Source of the DNA: Candidatus Limnocylindrales bacterium
GTDB taxonomy: Bacteria > Chloroflexota > Limnocylindria > Limnocylindrales > CSP1-4
Length of the DNA: 64,000 nt
Assembly: GCA_049514315.1 (NCBI GenBank)
Contig: JBEKVD010000005.1
Span: forward strand, 2,580 to 66,579
Reading direction: 5' to 3'
In this document: in pieces, positions 14,105-23,798 of the stretch
Position numbering within the stretch: position 1 is the stretch's first letter
How the letters are laid out: the number at the start of each line of letters is the position of its first letter
The notes under the pieces: generated by a model
What the model saw: only the letters and a program-made list of their open reading frames with translations
What the model was told of the DNA's origin: nothing
The model's database searches: none
Made by a program: the position numbers and the translations under genes

Positions 14105-14244
14105 GACGACGGGCCGCCGACACGGTCGCACGCGATGACCCCGGGTGCTCTTGAGCCACAGGGCGCCCGCCTGCCGTGTAGCGGTCGCTTCGGCCACCCA
14201 CCGCGACTTCCACCCGTCGATTCTGCCGGCGCGACTCCGGCCCG

Positions 14245-14829
14245 TCAGATGCGCATGATCCGGGCCAGCCAGGCGTGCACGGCCTTTGACGGGAGGAGGC
14301 TTTCGAGCGTCTCCTCCTCGATCGCCTCGACCGACCAGCCGGAGCGAAAGGCAGCCCGGATGTCGGACTTGCGAATTCGCTCCGGGCCGTAGCCGAGCGG
14401 GTTGCGGGCGCTCCAGCACAACACAAAAGCGCGTCCACCCGGAACGAGCGCCCCGTGGAGACCGGCGGCATATGTCGAGCGCTGGTCGGGCTGGAGGGAA
14501 TGGAAGAGGCCGACGTCGATTGCCGTCTGGAACACACGGCCCAGGTCCGCGACGCGCAGCGCATCCCACACCAGGAAGTCGACGCCGGCACCTCCGGCCC
14601 GCAGCCTCGCCTTTGACCGGGCCTTCTCAACGGCTGCGCGGGCCAGGTCGATGCCGACGACCCGGTGTCCCAGAGCGGCGAGGTAGAGCGAGTTCTCGCC
14701 CGTGCCGCAGCCCACGTCGAGGACCGGGCTCGCGATCGAATCGGCGGTCGCGAGGCGCACGACCGCGCCCTGCGGCCGGCCGATGTCCCATGTGGGAGTG
14801 CCCTCGTAGGCATTGTCGAAGAACTGCAT
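14245..14829 (-). CDS. Class I SAM-dependent methyltransferase
   Basis: Motif [13 protein letters not shown] followed by VVGIDLA. 194 aa, immediately upstream of metH on the same strand. Confidence 0.8.
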   Translation of the reverse strand: MQFFDNAYEGTPTWDIGRPQGAVVRLATADSIASPVLDVGCGTGENSLYLAALGHRVVGIDLARAAVEKARSKARLRAGGAGVDFLVWDALRVADLGRVFQTAIDVGLFHSLQPDQRSTYAAGLHGALVPGGRAFVLCWSARNPLGYGPERIRKSDIRAAFRSGWSVEAIEEETLESLLPSKAVHAWLARIMRI

Positions 14830-14987
14830 CTGAAGACCTGGCCTGGATGTTTCGAACGGGCCCCGACGAAGGACCCGTCCCCGGGGTTGCGACGAGCCTC
14901 CAGGTGAGCTGGTCTCGCCGGGCTGGATTCTTCGTCGCCTGCGCTCCGGCCCGATGCCGGCGCCTTCATTCGGTGCATTATTGCCCC

Positions 14988-16055
14988 ATGAACGACTCGA
15001 AGGACAGCGCCGATTCCCCGCCCTCGACCGCTATCGAGGTCGACTGCGCGGTCGTCGGCGGCGGCCCCGCGGGGCTCTCGGCGGCCGTCAACCTGGCTCG
15101 CATGCGGCGCTCGGTCCTGGTCATAGACGACCGTGACGGCCGCTCGCTGTGGGGCCAGGTCAACCGCAACTATCTGGGCTTCCCCGACGGGATTCCGGCG
15201 GCCGAGATACGGCTCCAGGGCAGGCGCCAGGCGGCCCGGTACGGGGCCCGGTTTCTGCTCGGCCGGGTCACGGCCGCCGACCGCGAAGGCGGCGCCTTCC
15301 GGCTTCTGGTGGAAGGGACCGTGGGCGGTGGCGCCGGGACCGTTGCCAACGTGGCTCGAGACGAAGAGCTCGGCCGGTCCCTGGGCGAGATCCGGACCGG
15401 CGCCTCCAAGCAGGTAGTTGCACGCTCCGTCATCCTGGCCACGGGAGTGCGCGATCCCTTCCCGGAGTTTCCGGGTCGGGACGAGTGCGTGGGCCGCAGC
15501 CTTTTCTGGTGCATCGCCTGCGACGGCTACGAGGCGATCGACCGCTCGGTGGGCGTGGTCGGGCACGACGAGGAGGCGGTCGAAACGGCCCTCGACCTGC
15601 TCGAGTTCACCGGGCGGATCGTGATCGCAGCCGGTCGATCGGAGGGCTTCAGCGTCCCGGAAGCGCGCCTGGCCGATCTGGCGGCAAACGGGATCGCCGC
15701 GCATCGCTGGCCCGTTACGTCCTACCCGAACGAGAGCGGCCAGATCCGGGCGCTCGTCCTGGGCGACCCCGACCGGACGCGGATCCCGGTCGACACGGTC
15801 TTCACCGTCCACACCCCGAGGGCGCGCAACGAGCTAGCCAGGGGGCTCGGAGTGGAGTTGAACGAACTCGGGCAGATCGTGGTCGGGACCGATCAGCACA
15901 CCAATCTGCCCGGCGTCTACGCGGCCGGCGACGCGACCAGCATCCACGATCACCAGGTCAGCGCCGCGGTCCACGAGGGGAACCAGGCCGCATGCGCTGC
16001 CAACTACTACCTCTACCGGCCCGTCCAGAAGGCACCGGGCGAGGACGAGTGCTAG
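14988..16055 (+). CDS. FAD-dependent pyridine nucleotide-disulfide oxidoreductase (thioredoxin-reductase-like)
   Basis: FAD GxGxxG motif CAVVGGGPAGLSAA, redox CxxC in LFWCIACDGYE, and C-terminal GVYAAGD. Start at the ATG at 14988 (MNDSKDS); the upstream extension in the track is Arg-rich shadow sequence. Confidence 0.8.
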   Translation: MNDSKDSADSPPSTAIEVDCAVVGGGPAGLSAAVNLARMRRSVLVIDDRDGRSLWGQVNRNYLGFPDGIPAAEIRLQGRRQAARYGARFLLGRVTAADREGGAFRLLVEGTVGGGAGTVANVARDEELGRSLGEIRTGASKQVVARSVILATGVRDPFPEFPGRDECVGRSLFWCIACDGYEAIDRSVGVVGHDEEAVETALDLLEFTGRIVIAAGRSEGFSVPEARLADLAANGIAAHRWPVTSYPNESGQIRALVLGDPDRTRIPVDTVFTVHTPRARNELARGLGVELNELGQIVVGTDQHTNLPGVYAAGDATSIHDHQVSAAVHEGNQAACAANYYLYRPVQKAPGEDEC

Positions 16056-16104
16056 CCGGCCCGCCGACGGAACGGCCGCTGCTGGCCATCGCGGCGGCGG
16101 GGGC

Positions 16105-16869
16105 TCACGGCCGGCTCGGGCGTTGGATCGTCCTGCGGGCCAGCAGGAAGACCGACGGCCCCGGCGTGATGAAACCGAGCGGTTCCTGAAGCAGGTCCTC
16201 GGCGCGGACGAGGATCGTACGCGGAAGGCGGCGGCTCAGGCCTGGCAGTCGGAAGAGTGACGCGGCCCGCATTCGTTCGATGCGGAAGCCGGCTGCCCGC
16301 AACGACCGGCGAATGCTCACCGGCGCGTGGTCGTAATGGATCGGCCTGTATTCGACCGCCCCGAGCTCAAATGGGGACCAGCTCTGGCGGCCTAGCAGCC
16401 ACCGGGCGATCGCCTTGAGGTTGCGCTTGTTAGCGTATTCGAGGACCAGGACGCCGCCGGGCCGCACGACGCGGCCGAGTTCGGACAGCACCGGGTCCGG
16501 GTCGCCGAAGTGGTGCAGCACGCGGACGCACACGGCCGCCTCGAAGTGGCCGTCGGGAAACGGAAGCGCGAGGGCGTCGCCGAGCGTGATTCTGAACCGG
16601 GGGTCATCACCGAACGTCGCCAGGGCCGCGGCAACGTGGGTGTCGGACGAATCGAGCAGGACGACCTCGCCGTAGCCGGCGTACTCTTCGGCCAGCCTGC
16701 CGAATCCGGCACCGACCTCGATCATCCGTCCGCCGCTGCGCGGCAGGAGGGCGCGCAAGGCGATTCGATCGCACGAATCCTCGTAGGTTCGGGCAGCCCA
16801 GAACACGTCCCGGTAGCCAAGATCCTCGTACGTGGCAAGCGGCTGGCGGGACGGCACTGAGGGGATCAA
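16105..16869 (-). CDS. Class I SAM-dependent methyltransferase
   Basis: Motif I MIEVGAGFGRLA and post-I VVLLDSS. 254 aa. Confidence 0.75.
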   Translation of the reverse strand: MIPSVPSRQPLATYEDLGYRDVFWAARTYEDSCDRIALRALLPRSGGRMIEVGAGFGRLAEEYAGYGEVVLLDSSDTHVAAALATFGDDPRFRITLGDALALPFPDGHFEAAVCVRVLHHFGDPDPVLSELGRVVRPGGVLVLEYANKRNLKAIARWLLGRQSWSPFELGAVEYRPIHYDHAPVSIRRSLRAAGFRIERMRAASLFRLPGLSRRLPRTILVRAEDLLQEPLGFITPGPSVFLLARRTIQRPSRP

Positions 16870-16918
16870 TGAGCGATGCGCGTCGGACGTCGCGGAGGCC
16901 GGGGCTTCGTTGGCGGCC

Positions 16919-17095
16919 TCAGGACGGGCTGGCCGCGCCGACCGCCCGACGGTGGACGGCGAAATCGTCGGCGTTGCCGGACCAACCGCAGTCGCACCGG
17001 ACTACGTTCGTGCGGGCGTTGTACTCCTCGATCAGGTGCGACTTGACCGGCCGAAGAGGGTTCGGAGCGACCGCCGTGCGGACAGGCCGAGCCAT
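16919..17095 (-). CDS. Small hypothetical protein (58 aa)
   Basis: The ATG at 17095 is preceded by a strong SD (GAGGAGG, 3-nt spacer). Sequence MARPVRTAV...VVRCDCGWSGNADDFAVHRR. It lies 50 nt upstream of the methyltransferase on the same strand. No homology is recognisable. Confidence 0.4.
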   Translation of the reverse strand: MARPVRTAVAPNPLRPVKSHLIEEYNARTNVVRCDCGWSGNADDFAVHRRAVGAASPS

Positions 17096-17402
17096 GTTCC
17101 TCCTCAATCTCCCAAACCCTGGCGTCGCCGCCGCGATCGGTCTCGTTGCGACCGCCGCCAGACGGATCCGCGGGCACCCAGACCCGGCACGCCAATCGGG
17201 GAGCCGAATACATTCTACCAGACGAGCGGCCGAATCCCCGGCTCCGGTCGGGATCAACGCCCATCCAGGCGGTGGGATGACCACGCGGCACGGTGTTGTA
17301 GGTATGCAACGGAAGTTGCTCGTCCGAGGTCCCTGAGCGCGCTGCCGGCACTCTTTAACCGTAGAATTCGCCAGGCCAAGGTGCCGCCTTCGGGAGCGTT
17401 GC

Positions 17403-18593
17403 GTGCCCGTCGAAGTGTTGATAGGGGTTCTCCTGTTCGGCGCGATCGTGAACGTCGCGCTGCTTCTCTGGTTGGTGCGCGCCGAAAACGTCAAGTTTCA
17501 CTGGTCTCGACACCTTCAGACGCCCGCCGGCTCGGCGCGAGCGCACCCGACCGGAATCAACGACCCGAGCCTTCGGCGGCGCCCGCTCTTCGTGGCCAGC
17601 AGCGCCACGGTCGGTGAGGCCGTAACGCCGCCCTCTATTCCCTACTCGCCGGTGCCGACACCGTCTGCCCCGCGGGCTCCGCTGGCCGAGACATTGCCGC
17701 CGAACCTCGCCGAGCTGTTGTCTCGGCCCGCGTCAGTCGCTCCGTATGAGGATGGGTTCGGCTCTGCGCCGCCGGGCAACCGAACCGACCTGGGTTCGAG
17801 GCCGGTCGGACCTGGGAACGAGGTAGCTTCGATGGCCCCCGATCGCCTCTCCGTGCCGTCGGTCAGCGAGTCGAGCGGGCTGGGCCCGGATCCTCTGACC
17901 GGGCTGGACGGTGCCGCCAGCTGGAGCCGAACCATCGCGATCGAGAACGCTCGGCTCCTGCGGTATCGCCGGCCGGCGACGGTCGTCCTGGCTGAGGTCG
18001 AGGGCATGCGGCTTCTGGAGGAGCGGCTCGGGAGCGAACCTGTCCATCGGCTCCTGCCGGTCATCGCCGACGCCTTCCGCCGGGAGGCTCGCTCGGCCGA
18101 TCGCATTGCCCGGATCGGGTACAGCCGATTCGCCGTCTTCCTGGCCGAGACGGATGAGATCCGGGCCATCAACTACGTTGATCGAATCCAGCTAGTGTGC
18201 GAGCCGTGGCTCGCTGCCTCGGCAGTGCCGCTGCGGCTTGGCGTGGGCTGGTCCAGCCCGACCCCCGCGTCGGACCTCAACTTCGCGCTCCAAAGGGCCG
18301 AGGAGCGGCTGCAAGCCGATCTCAGAATGGCCGACAAGGCGATTGAGCCGCCCGGTCTCGCCCCTGTCGGAGTCATGTCGCCCCCGCCCCCGAGGGCAGG
18401 TTCGGTCGATTCGGCCGCGAGCCAGGACACGGGCGTCCCACCTGCCGGTACGGGCAGGTCCGGCGAGTGGACGAGGCCGGCGAAGCCGTCGGAAGACGCG
18501 ACTCGTTCGCAGTCTGTCGATGTCTCCGATTTGAGGGATCGCCGCTGGTCGCCGGGAACGGTGCACGGGTTCGGCAGCCGAACCGAAGCCTGA
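17403..18593 (+). CDS. Membrane-anchored protein with degenerate GGDEF (diguanylate-cyclase-like) domain
   Basis: N-terminal TM (VLIGVLLFGAIVNVALLLWLV) and a Pro/Ser-rich linker. The GGDEF-fold signature starts with DPLTGL, but the active-site GGDEF is replaced by GYSRF (ARIGYSRFAVFLAE). Confidence 0.7.
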   Translation: MPVEVLIGVLLFGAIVNVALLLWLVRAENVKFHWSRHLQTPAGSARAHPTGINDPSLRRRPLFVASSATVGEAVTPPSIPYSPVPTPSAPRAPLAETLPPNLAELLSRPASVAPYEDGFGSAPPGNRTDLGSRPVGPGNEVASMAPDRLSVPSVSESSGLGPDPLTGLDGAASWSRTIAIENARLLRYRRPATVVLAEVEGMRLLEERLGSEPVHRLLPVIADAFRREARSADRIARIGYSRFAVFLAETDEIRAINYVDRIQLVCEPWLAASAVPLRLGVGWSSPTPASDLNFALQRAEERLQADLRMADKAIEPPGLAPVGVMSPPPPRAGSVDSAASQDTGVPPAGTGRSGEWTRPAKPSEDATRSQSVDVSDLRDRRWSPGTVHGFGSRTEA

Positions 18594-18692
18594 ACCGCCG
18601 GACACCCTCGGGTTGAGGCGTGCAGGACCATCTGGTCACGCCTCGGGCTGAGGTGTAGGCTGCCAACGTTCCCTCGGCCTCGAGGACCGGAC

Positions 18693-19244
18693 ATGCAGGC
18701 CGATAGGGGCGAGGAAGCCAGACGATCCCGGCTGAGGGACCTGGCCCATTTGGCGAAGGAGGCTCGACTCGTGTTCAATCAACTGTGGGCCAAGCTCTCG
18801 GCCAGCGAGCGATTCGTGGCATACGGAGTAGTGGCCGTCGTTGTCGGCTGGCTGCTCGGCACGATCCTGGGATCCACCACGGTGGGTGGTGGCAGCTACG
18901 CCGGGGTGAATATTCCCGGCGTCACCGTCAACTACTTCTCATGGGGCAACGCGGGCTTGATGTCGATCCTCGCGCTTATCTTCGGCATCGTCGGTGGCGT
19001 CGTGCTCTACCTGAAGATCGCCCCGAATATGAACATCACCTGGCCGATGCCGGTCGGACAGATTCTGCTCGGGGCCTCCGCCCTGGCCCTCATCTGCGCC
19101 GTGCTCACGCTCCTCTTCCAGGTGACCAACAACCTCTCCGGTGCCCCCGCTCTCATGTATGTCGCTGACGTGGTCCTCATCGGCGGTGGCGCGCTCATGG
19201 CCTGGGGCGCCTACCAGGGGTGGCTCGCCAGCAAGGCCGCCTGA
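18693..19244 (+). CDS. Integral membrane protein, unknown function
   Basis: Four hydrophobic helices, coding GC3 bias, and a strong hairpin terminator 13 nt downstream. The exact start is uncertain. Confidence 0.6.
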   Translation: MQADRGEEARRSRLRDLAHLAKEARLVFNQLWAKLSASERFVAYGVVAVVVGWLLGTILGSTTVGGGSYAGVNIPGVTVNYFSWGNAGLMSILALIFGIVGGVVLYLKIAPNMNITWPMPVGQILLGASALALICAVLTLLFQVTNNLSGAPALMYVADVVLIGGGALMAWGAYQGWLASKAA

Positions 19245-19256
19245 ACTCTCGCGAAC

Positions 19257-19290
19257 AAAGCGGCGGGCGCCTCCGGGCGGCCGCCGCTTT
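19257..19290. terminator. Bidirectional intrinsic terminator hairpin between convergent genes
   Basis: aaagcggcgg / ccgccgcttt forms a 10-bp outer stem with a further 4-bp inner stem, flanked by A-run and T-run sequence (..aacaaag[stem]tttccattt..). Confidence 0.65.
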
Positions 19291-19321
19291 CCATTTGTCG
19301 AGGGTCCTGCAGCAGACTGCG

Positions 19322-19645
19322 CTAAGCGCCCTGCGCGTGGACAATGCGGAAGCAATCGGAGCAGAACACCGGCCGGTCCGCGTGAGGCCTGAAGGGTACC
19401 TGGGCCTGATTGCCGCAGCGGGTGCACACGACCGCGAAGTACTCGCGCGTCCCTCCGCTGCCGCCGTGCTCCCGGCCGGAGCCATCGCCGGCCTCCCGCA
19501 TCGACCGCCTGGCGGCTCGACAGCCCGGACAGCGTCTGGGCTCGGAGACGAACCCCTTCTGGGCGTAGTACTCCTGGTCCTCGGCCGAGTGGACGAACTC
19601 GGCGCCGCAGTCTACACAGGTCAGGGTTCGATCGACGTGGAGCAC
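19322..19645 (-). CDS. Small zinc-ribbon protein (two CxxC...CxxC modules)
   Basis: GTG at 19645 preceded by GGGAGGAG. Sequence VLHVDRTLTCVDCGAEFVHSAEDQEYYAQKGFVSEPRRCPGCR ... CTRCGNQAQVPFRPHADRPVFCSDCF. The track ORF (to 20056) has an implausible N-terminal extension. Confidence 0.65.
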   Translation of the reverse strand: MLHVDRTLTCVDCGAEFVHSAEDQEYYAQKGFVSEPRRCPGCRAARRSMREAGDGSGREHGGSGGTREYFAVVCTRCGNQAQVPFRPHADRPVFCSDCFRIVHAQGA

Positions 19646-20054
19646 GATTCTCCTCCCGAAACCGCGGGTCCAGCGCCGGTAGTCCGGCGAGGGGCCCGCC
19701 GAAGTTGCGCCGTGCCGCCCGGACCGCCGGCAGGCCCCGGCAGATCCGGGCGACGGTTCTCGGTTCCATGGTGGCTGTCTGCACGCACCGGCAGGGCGGC
19801 AGGATAGCACGTGACCACAGCCGGCCTGAATGGTCGTCCCGGCGTGTCGGACACGTCGGGACAGCCCGCCGAAGGGAAGCAACGTCGCTGCGTCGGCACC
19901 CTTCGAACCTGGCACAATCGCTCCATCGGCTCGTTTCTGCGGTGCCGGCCGTCGCGGCTTGGGCCGGGTGCCCGGAGGTCGCGGCGAGTCGGCGAGCCGC
20001 CGCGGATCGAAGGCGAATTCCGGCCGTCGGGGCGCGAGAGGAAGAACCGGTCTC

Positions 20055-21311
20055 ATGCTGCGCTTGCTTCACACTGCCGACGTCCACCTTGGGGCGCGGC
20101 ACACGGACCTGGGCGAGCGTGCCGCCGCGCTGCGCGAGCGCCAGTTTGCGGCCTTTCGGGCGTCGGTAGAGCTGGCGATCGCCGAGAAGGTCGACCTCTT
20201 CCTCGTCGCCGGCGACCTGTTCGACTCCAACACGCAGCCCCGCCGGTCGGTGGAACGCGTTGCCGCCGAGCTCGGCCGCCTGGCGCGGGCGAGCATCCGC
20301 ACGGTCATCATTCCCGGCACGCACGACGTCTACGACGGCGCATCGATCTACCGTTCCTACGACCTGGCCGACATGGCCGGAGCCGACAGAGACTGGATCG
20401 TCGTCCTGACGCCGTGCGTGGCCGAAGTCGTCTTCCCGTCACTCGACACGATCGTCTACGGCCGAGTCTTCGACACCAAGCGCTCGCCGCGCAGCCCGCT
20501 GGCCGGCCTCGAGGCCCGCTCCGACACGCGGGCCATGTGGAAGATTGGCATGGTCCACGGGGCGCTCGCCATTCCGGGGCGCACCGATTCCGACGCCGTC
20601 GTCGTCACCGAAGAGGAGATCGCCGGATCGGGCCTGGATTACCTGGCGCTGGGCCACTGGCACTCGGTCATCGAAGGCCGAGCCGGGAACGTCACGTATG
20701 CGTACTCCGGGGCTCCCGAGCCGGTGGCCGTCGACCAGGACGGTGCCGGCCATGTTCTGCTGGTCTCGCTCGAGGACCGGGACGGACGTCGCTTCGTCTC
20801 CGTTGAGCGGAGGCGTGTCGGACAAACGAGATCGGAGAAGCTCGACCTGGACCTGGGCGGCGTCCGGGGGCAGCCCGACCTGATCGACGTCCTGGGTCGC
20901 CACGCCGACTCGAACCTGGTCTTCGACGTCAGGCTGACCGGGCTGTGTCCCGACGACCTCGATCTGGACCTGGACGAGATCGAGCGCGCGCTCTCGCCAT
21001 CCTTCCTTCGCCTTCGCCTCCGCGACATGTCGATCCCCGCCTCGCCCGAAGGCACGTCGGCGCCGCCCGACACCGTCCTGGGGGCATTCGTGCGGAGCGT
21101 CGACGAGCGCATCGACCAGCTCAAAGCGGCCACCGGGTCGGAAGGCGCCGGCGATTCTGCGCCACCGTCGAGTGAGCTGTCCCCAGCTGAGCGCGGTGGG
21201 TCGCCGGCGCCGGTCTCTGCCGGACTCGATCCGGCGCAGGAGCTGGCCGATCTGCGCGAGGTCCTGCGGCTGGGACGTCACCTGCTCGAAGGCCGCCAGG
21301 TGACGCTATGA
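20055..21311 (+). CDS. SbcD/Mre11-family metallophosphoesterase (YhaO/SbcF-like DNA repair exonuclease)
   Basis: Calcineurin-like phosphoesterase motifs LLHTADVHLG, LVAGDLFD and IIPGTHD. ATG at 20055. Confidence 0.8.
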   Translation: MLRLLHTADVHLGARHTDLGERAAALRERQFAAFRASVELAIAEKVDLFLVAGDLFDSNTQPRRSVERVAAELGRLARASIRTVIIPGTHDVYDGASIYRSYDLADMAGADRDWIVVLTPCVAEVVFPSLDTIVYGRVFDTKRSPRSPLAGLEARSDTRAMWKIGMVHGALAIPGRTDSDAVVVTEEEIAGSGLDYLALGHWHSVIEGRAGNVTYAYSGAPEPVAVDQDGAGHVLLVSLEDRDGRRFVSVERRRVGQTRSEKLDLDLGGVRGQPDLIDVLGRHADSNLVFDVRLTGLCPDDLDLDLDEIERALSPSFLRLRLRDMSIPASPEGTSAPPDTVLGAFVRSVDERIDQLKAATGSEGAGDSAPPSSELSPAERGGSPAPVSAGLDPAQELADLREVLRLGRHLLEGRQVTL

Positions 21312-21327
21312 ACGAGGGCGCGGATCC

Positions 21328-23520
21328 ATGAGGATCACTCGCCTGCGCCTCCGGGATCTCGGCCCGCACCGCGACCTGGACATCGAGCTGTCGCCCGGGT
21401 TCACGATAATCCGTGGCCCCAACGAGGCCGGCAAGTCCACGATCCAGCGTGGCATCGAGCTGGCTCTCTTCCGCAAGCCGACTGCAGCCACTGCCGAGTT
21501 GGAGGCTCTCCGGTCCTGGGGCGCAGCTGAGAACGAGCGGTCCTCGATTCGCGTCGAGTTCGTCACCGACGACGAGGCGGCGCGGGGCGACGAGGCGGCG
21601 CGGGACGGGGTCGGCGCCGGTCGCGGCATCCTGGAGAAGGAGTTCCGCGGTCCGCGGGGGCGAGTCTCGCTCGAGCTCGGCGGCCACACGTACAGCGACC
21701 CGGCCAAAACCGAAGAGGTCCTGGCCGACTTGACCGGAATCCCCAACGAAGCGTTCTTCCGCTCGACTGCCTCGATCCGGCACGAAGAGCTCGACGACCT
21801 TGATCGAGACGAGGGTGCCCTGCGCGATCGGCTGCAGGCGAGCATCGGTGGCGGCGATACGGGTTCGTCGCGAGCGAGGGCACGCCTGGAGGACGCGATC
21901 CGCGCGCTGAAATCGCGCGGCGACAGGAATCCCGGCCGACTCAAGATTGCGGAAGAAACGGTCGCTCGTGCGGAAGCGGTCCTCAGGAACGGCGAGGGCG
22001 CCCTCGCGAAGCTCGAGGTGGATCGCGACGCGCTGGCAAGAGCCCGCGACGCCCGCCTTCGGGCCGAAACCGAGCTCTCCGAAAGCCGGAACATGCTCGA
22101 AGCCGCTCGTCAGGCAGAGCGGTTGCGGTCGGATCGAGCCGTGATCGGCGAGAGGTTCGAGCGATACCGCCAGGCCGCCGAGGCCCAGCGCCGGCTGCAG
22201 GAGCTCGAGGCCGCACCCGGGCGACCAATCTCGAGCCTGCGCGAACAGCTGGGCCGCATGCGGACACTGCAGAGCCGGGTCTCCATCATGCAGGAGACTC
22301 TGCGAGAGGATCTCGGGCCGGAAGCGGAGCGCGACGAGCCCGAGTCCGGATACTGGAGCGCGGCGTCCCTCACGTTGATGGCGCTGGCCGCGACCGCGCT
22401 GACGGCCTCTTTCGGAGCCATCAGTTCTTTCCTGCCGGTGCTGCTGGCAAGCCTGGTCTTGCTGTGCCTGACGGTTTTCCTGGCGGTCCGGCTGTGGGGG
22501 CGTCGTGCGGCGGCCCTGGAAGTCCGGCGCCTCAACGAGGCCCGCCGGCGGGATCGGGCCCTCCGACGCCAGGGTCGGGCGGGGACGGAGGATGGTTTGC
22601 GGGCTGCACAGGCCGGGGTGCAGAAGATCCTGACGGAGCTGGGCGTGCCCGATGTCGCCTCGGCGGAGCAGCTTCTCGCAGCCGAAGAGGGCCGGTGCCA
22701 GGAGATCGCCACGCTCCAGGTCCGGATCTCGGCGCTGCTCGCGGGTCAGACCGGCAGCGTGACGGAGCTGCGAGACCGGGCGGCACTTGAGATGGAGACG
22801 AAGGCGGCCGCGCTGGGAGCCCTGGGACCGATTGCCGACGACGCCCGGGCACGGGAGAGGCTTGAGGCAGAGGTCCGCGACCGGACCGCCGCGCTGGAAC
22901 GGGCCCGCGATGCCGAAGCGGGAGCGATCGCTCGCGTTGACGCCAACGCCGTCGACTGGGAGCAGGTGGCCGGCGAGGCCGAGCGCCTCGCCACCTGGCA
23001 GAACCAGCTGGCGGCTCTCAAGCGTCGCGTCCGGATCTACGAGATGACGCTCGCGGCGATCGACGCCGCGGAGCGCGGGACGATGCGCAAGGCCACGCGC
23101 TTCCTGGAGCAGCAAGTCGGGCGGGACATCGCCCGGCTGACCGGCGGCCGGTATGAGAGGGTGAGCATCGACGACCAGACCCTCGACATCCGGGTCTGGG
23201 CCCCGGAACGTGGAGGCTGGGTTCCGGCCAGCCAGCTGAGCAAGGGCACGATCGACCAGCTCTTCCTGGCCGCGCGCCTGGGCCTGGTGAGGCTCGTGAC
23301 ACAGGGGCGACGTCCGCCGCTGATCCTCGACGACCCGTTCGTGACTTTCGATGACGCCCGGGCTGCCCGGGCAGCCATGCTTCTGCGCGAGCTGTCGTCC
23401 GATTTCCAGGTGATCTACCTGGCCTGCTCGAACCGATATGACGGCCTGGCGGACTCGGTCGTCGAGCTGGCCGGTCCGATCGAGGCCGAAGAGTCCGCGG
23501 CTCACGCACCGTCCGAGTGA
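21328..23520 (+). CDS. SMC/Rad50-like AAA ATPase (YhaN/SbcE-like) with a central transmembrane hairpin
   Basis: Walker A IIRGPNEAGKST, long Arg/Glu/Ala coiled-coil arms, ABC signature QLSKGTIDQL and Walker B PLILDDPF. Two hydrophobic helices (ASLTLMALAATALTASFGAISSF / LPVLLASLVLLCLTVFLAVRLW) sit at the coiled-coil midpoint. Confidence 0.8.
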   Translation: MRITRLRLRDLGPHRDLDIELSPGFTIIRGPNEAGKSTIQRGIELALFRKPTAATAELEALRSWGAAENERSSIRVEFVTDDEAARGDEAARDGVGAGRGILEKEFRGPRGRVSLELGGHTYSDPAKTEEVLADLTGIPNEAFFRSTASIRHEELDDLDRDEGALRDRLQASIGGGDTGSSRARARLEDAIRALKSRGDRNPGRLKIAEETVARAEAVLRNGEGALAKLEVDRDALARARDARLRAETELSESRNMLEAARQAERLRSDRAVIGERFERYRQAAEAQRRLQELEAAPGRPISSLREQLGRMRTLQSRVSIMQETLREDLGPEAERDEPESGYWSAASLTLMALAATALTASFGAISSFLPVLLASLVLLCLTVFLAVRLWGRRAAALEVRRLNEARRRDRALRRQGRAGTEDGLRAAQAGVQKILTELGVPDVASAEQLLAAEEGRCQEIATLQVRISALLAGQTGSVTELRDRAALEMETKAAALGALGPIADDARARERLEAEVRDRTAALERARDAEAGAIARVDANAVDWEQVAGEAERLATWQNQLAALKRRVRIYEMTLAAIDAAERGTMRKATRFLEQQVGRDIARLTGGRYERVSIDDQTLDIRVWAPERGGWVPASQLSKGTIDQLFLAARLGLVRLVTQGRRPPLILDDPFVTFDDARAARAAMLLRELSSDFQVIYLACSNRYDGLADSVVELAGPIEAEESAAHAPSE

Positions 23521-23798
23521 ACCTCGGGAGATGTCGCTGAGCCGGTCGAGGACTACGCAGAAACCGGGCCGGCGGTATTTCGGACGGCCTCGCAATCGAG
23601 CAGGTCCGGGTCGCCGAAGCAACCAACGGCGCGGATGCCGCCGAGCGACGGCCCGCCGTCCGTGCCGATCACCTGGCGCGCCTGGTCGAGTTGCGCGATG
23701 CGGGTACGGTCATCGCCACGACCGGCTGATACCAGGTTCCCGCCGTCGCGGCGGGTCCCAACCTGGACCGCGCCCGCGCCGTCGGGGCCGGCCCGAAG

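Noticed and set aside
17096-17402. Possible small RNA in the 300-bp divergent region between the 58-aa ORF and the GGDEF-like gene
   Set aside because: No recognisable conserved RNA motif (SRP, 6S, RNase P, tmRNA, riboswitch cores) and no strong terminator. It is most simply a divergent promoter region.
18568-18690. Hairpin GGTTCGG-cag-CCGAACC at the end of the GGDEF-like gene, plus a repeated CCTCGGG[TC]TGAGG[CT]GT motif (18606 and 18641)
   Set aside because: The elements are short, imperfect and GC-rich, at a frequency plausible by chance in this composition. There is no T-tract for termination. Not enough to call a feature.
20055-23520. Interpreting the SbcD/SbcC-like pair as an anti-phage defence system
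   Set aside because: There are no accompanying defence hallmarks (no extra nuclease/helicase/methylase, no mobile-element context, no compositional shift). The architecture matches the housekeeping YhaO/YhaN repair pair. It is kept only as an alternative in the finding.
21121-23622. 833-aa minus-strand ORF
   Set aside because: It is antisense to the Walker-motif-bearing SbcC/YhaN-like gene. It has no motifs and an Arg/Pro/Gly-rich composition.
23521-23798. Possible small gene in the 278-bp convergent gap (41-aa GTG ORF on the minus strand)
   Set aside because: It has no RBS, no recognisable motif, and lies immediately after the stop of the upstream gene in the same frame. Support is insufficient.
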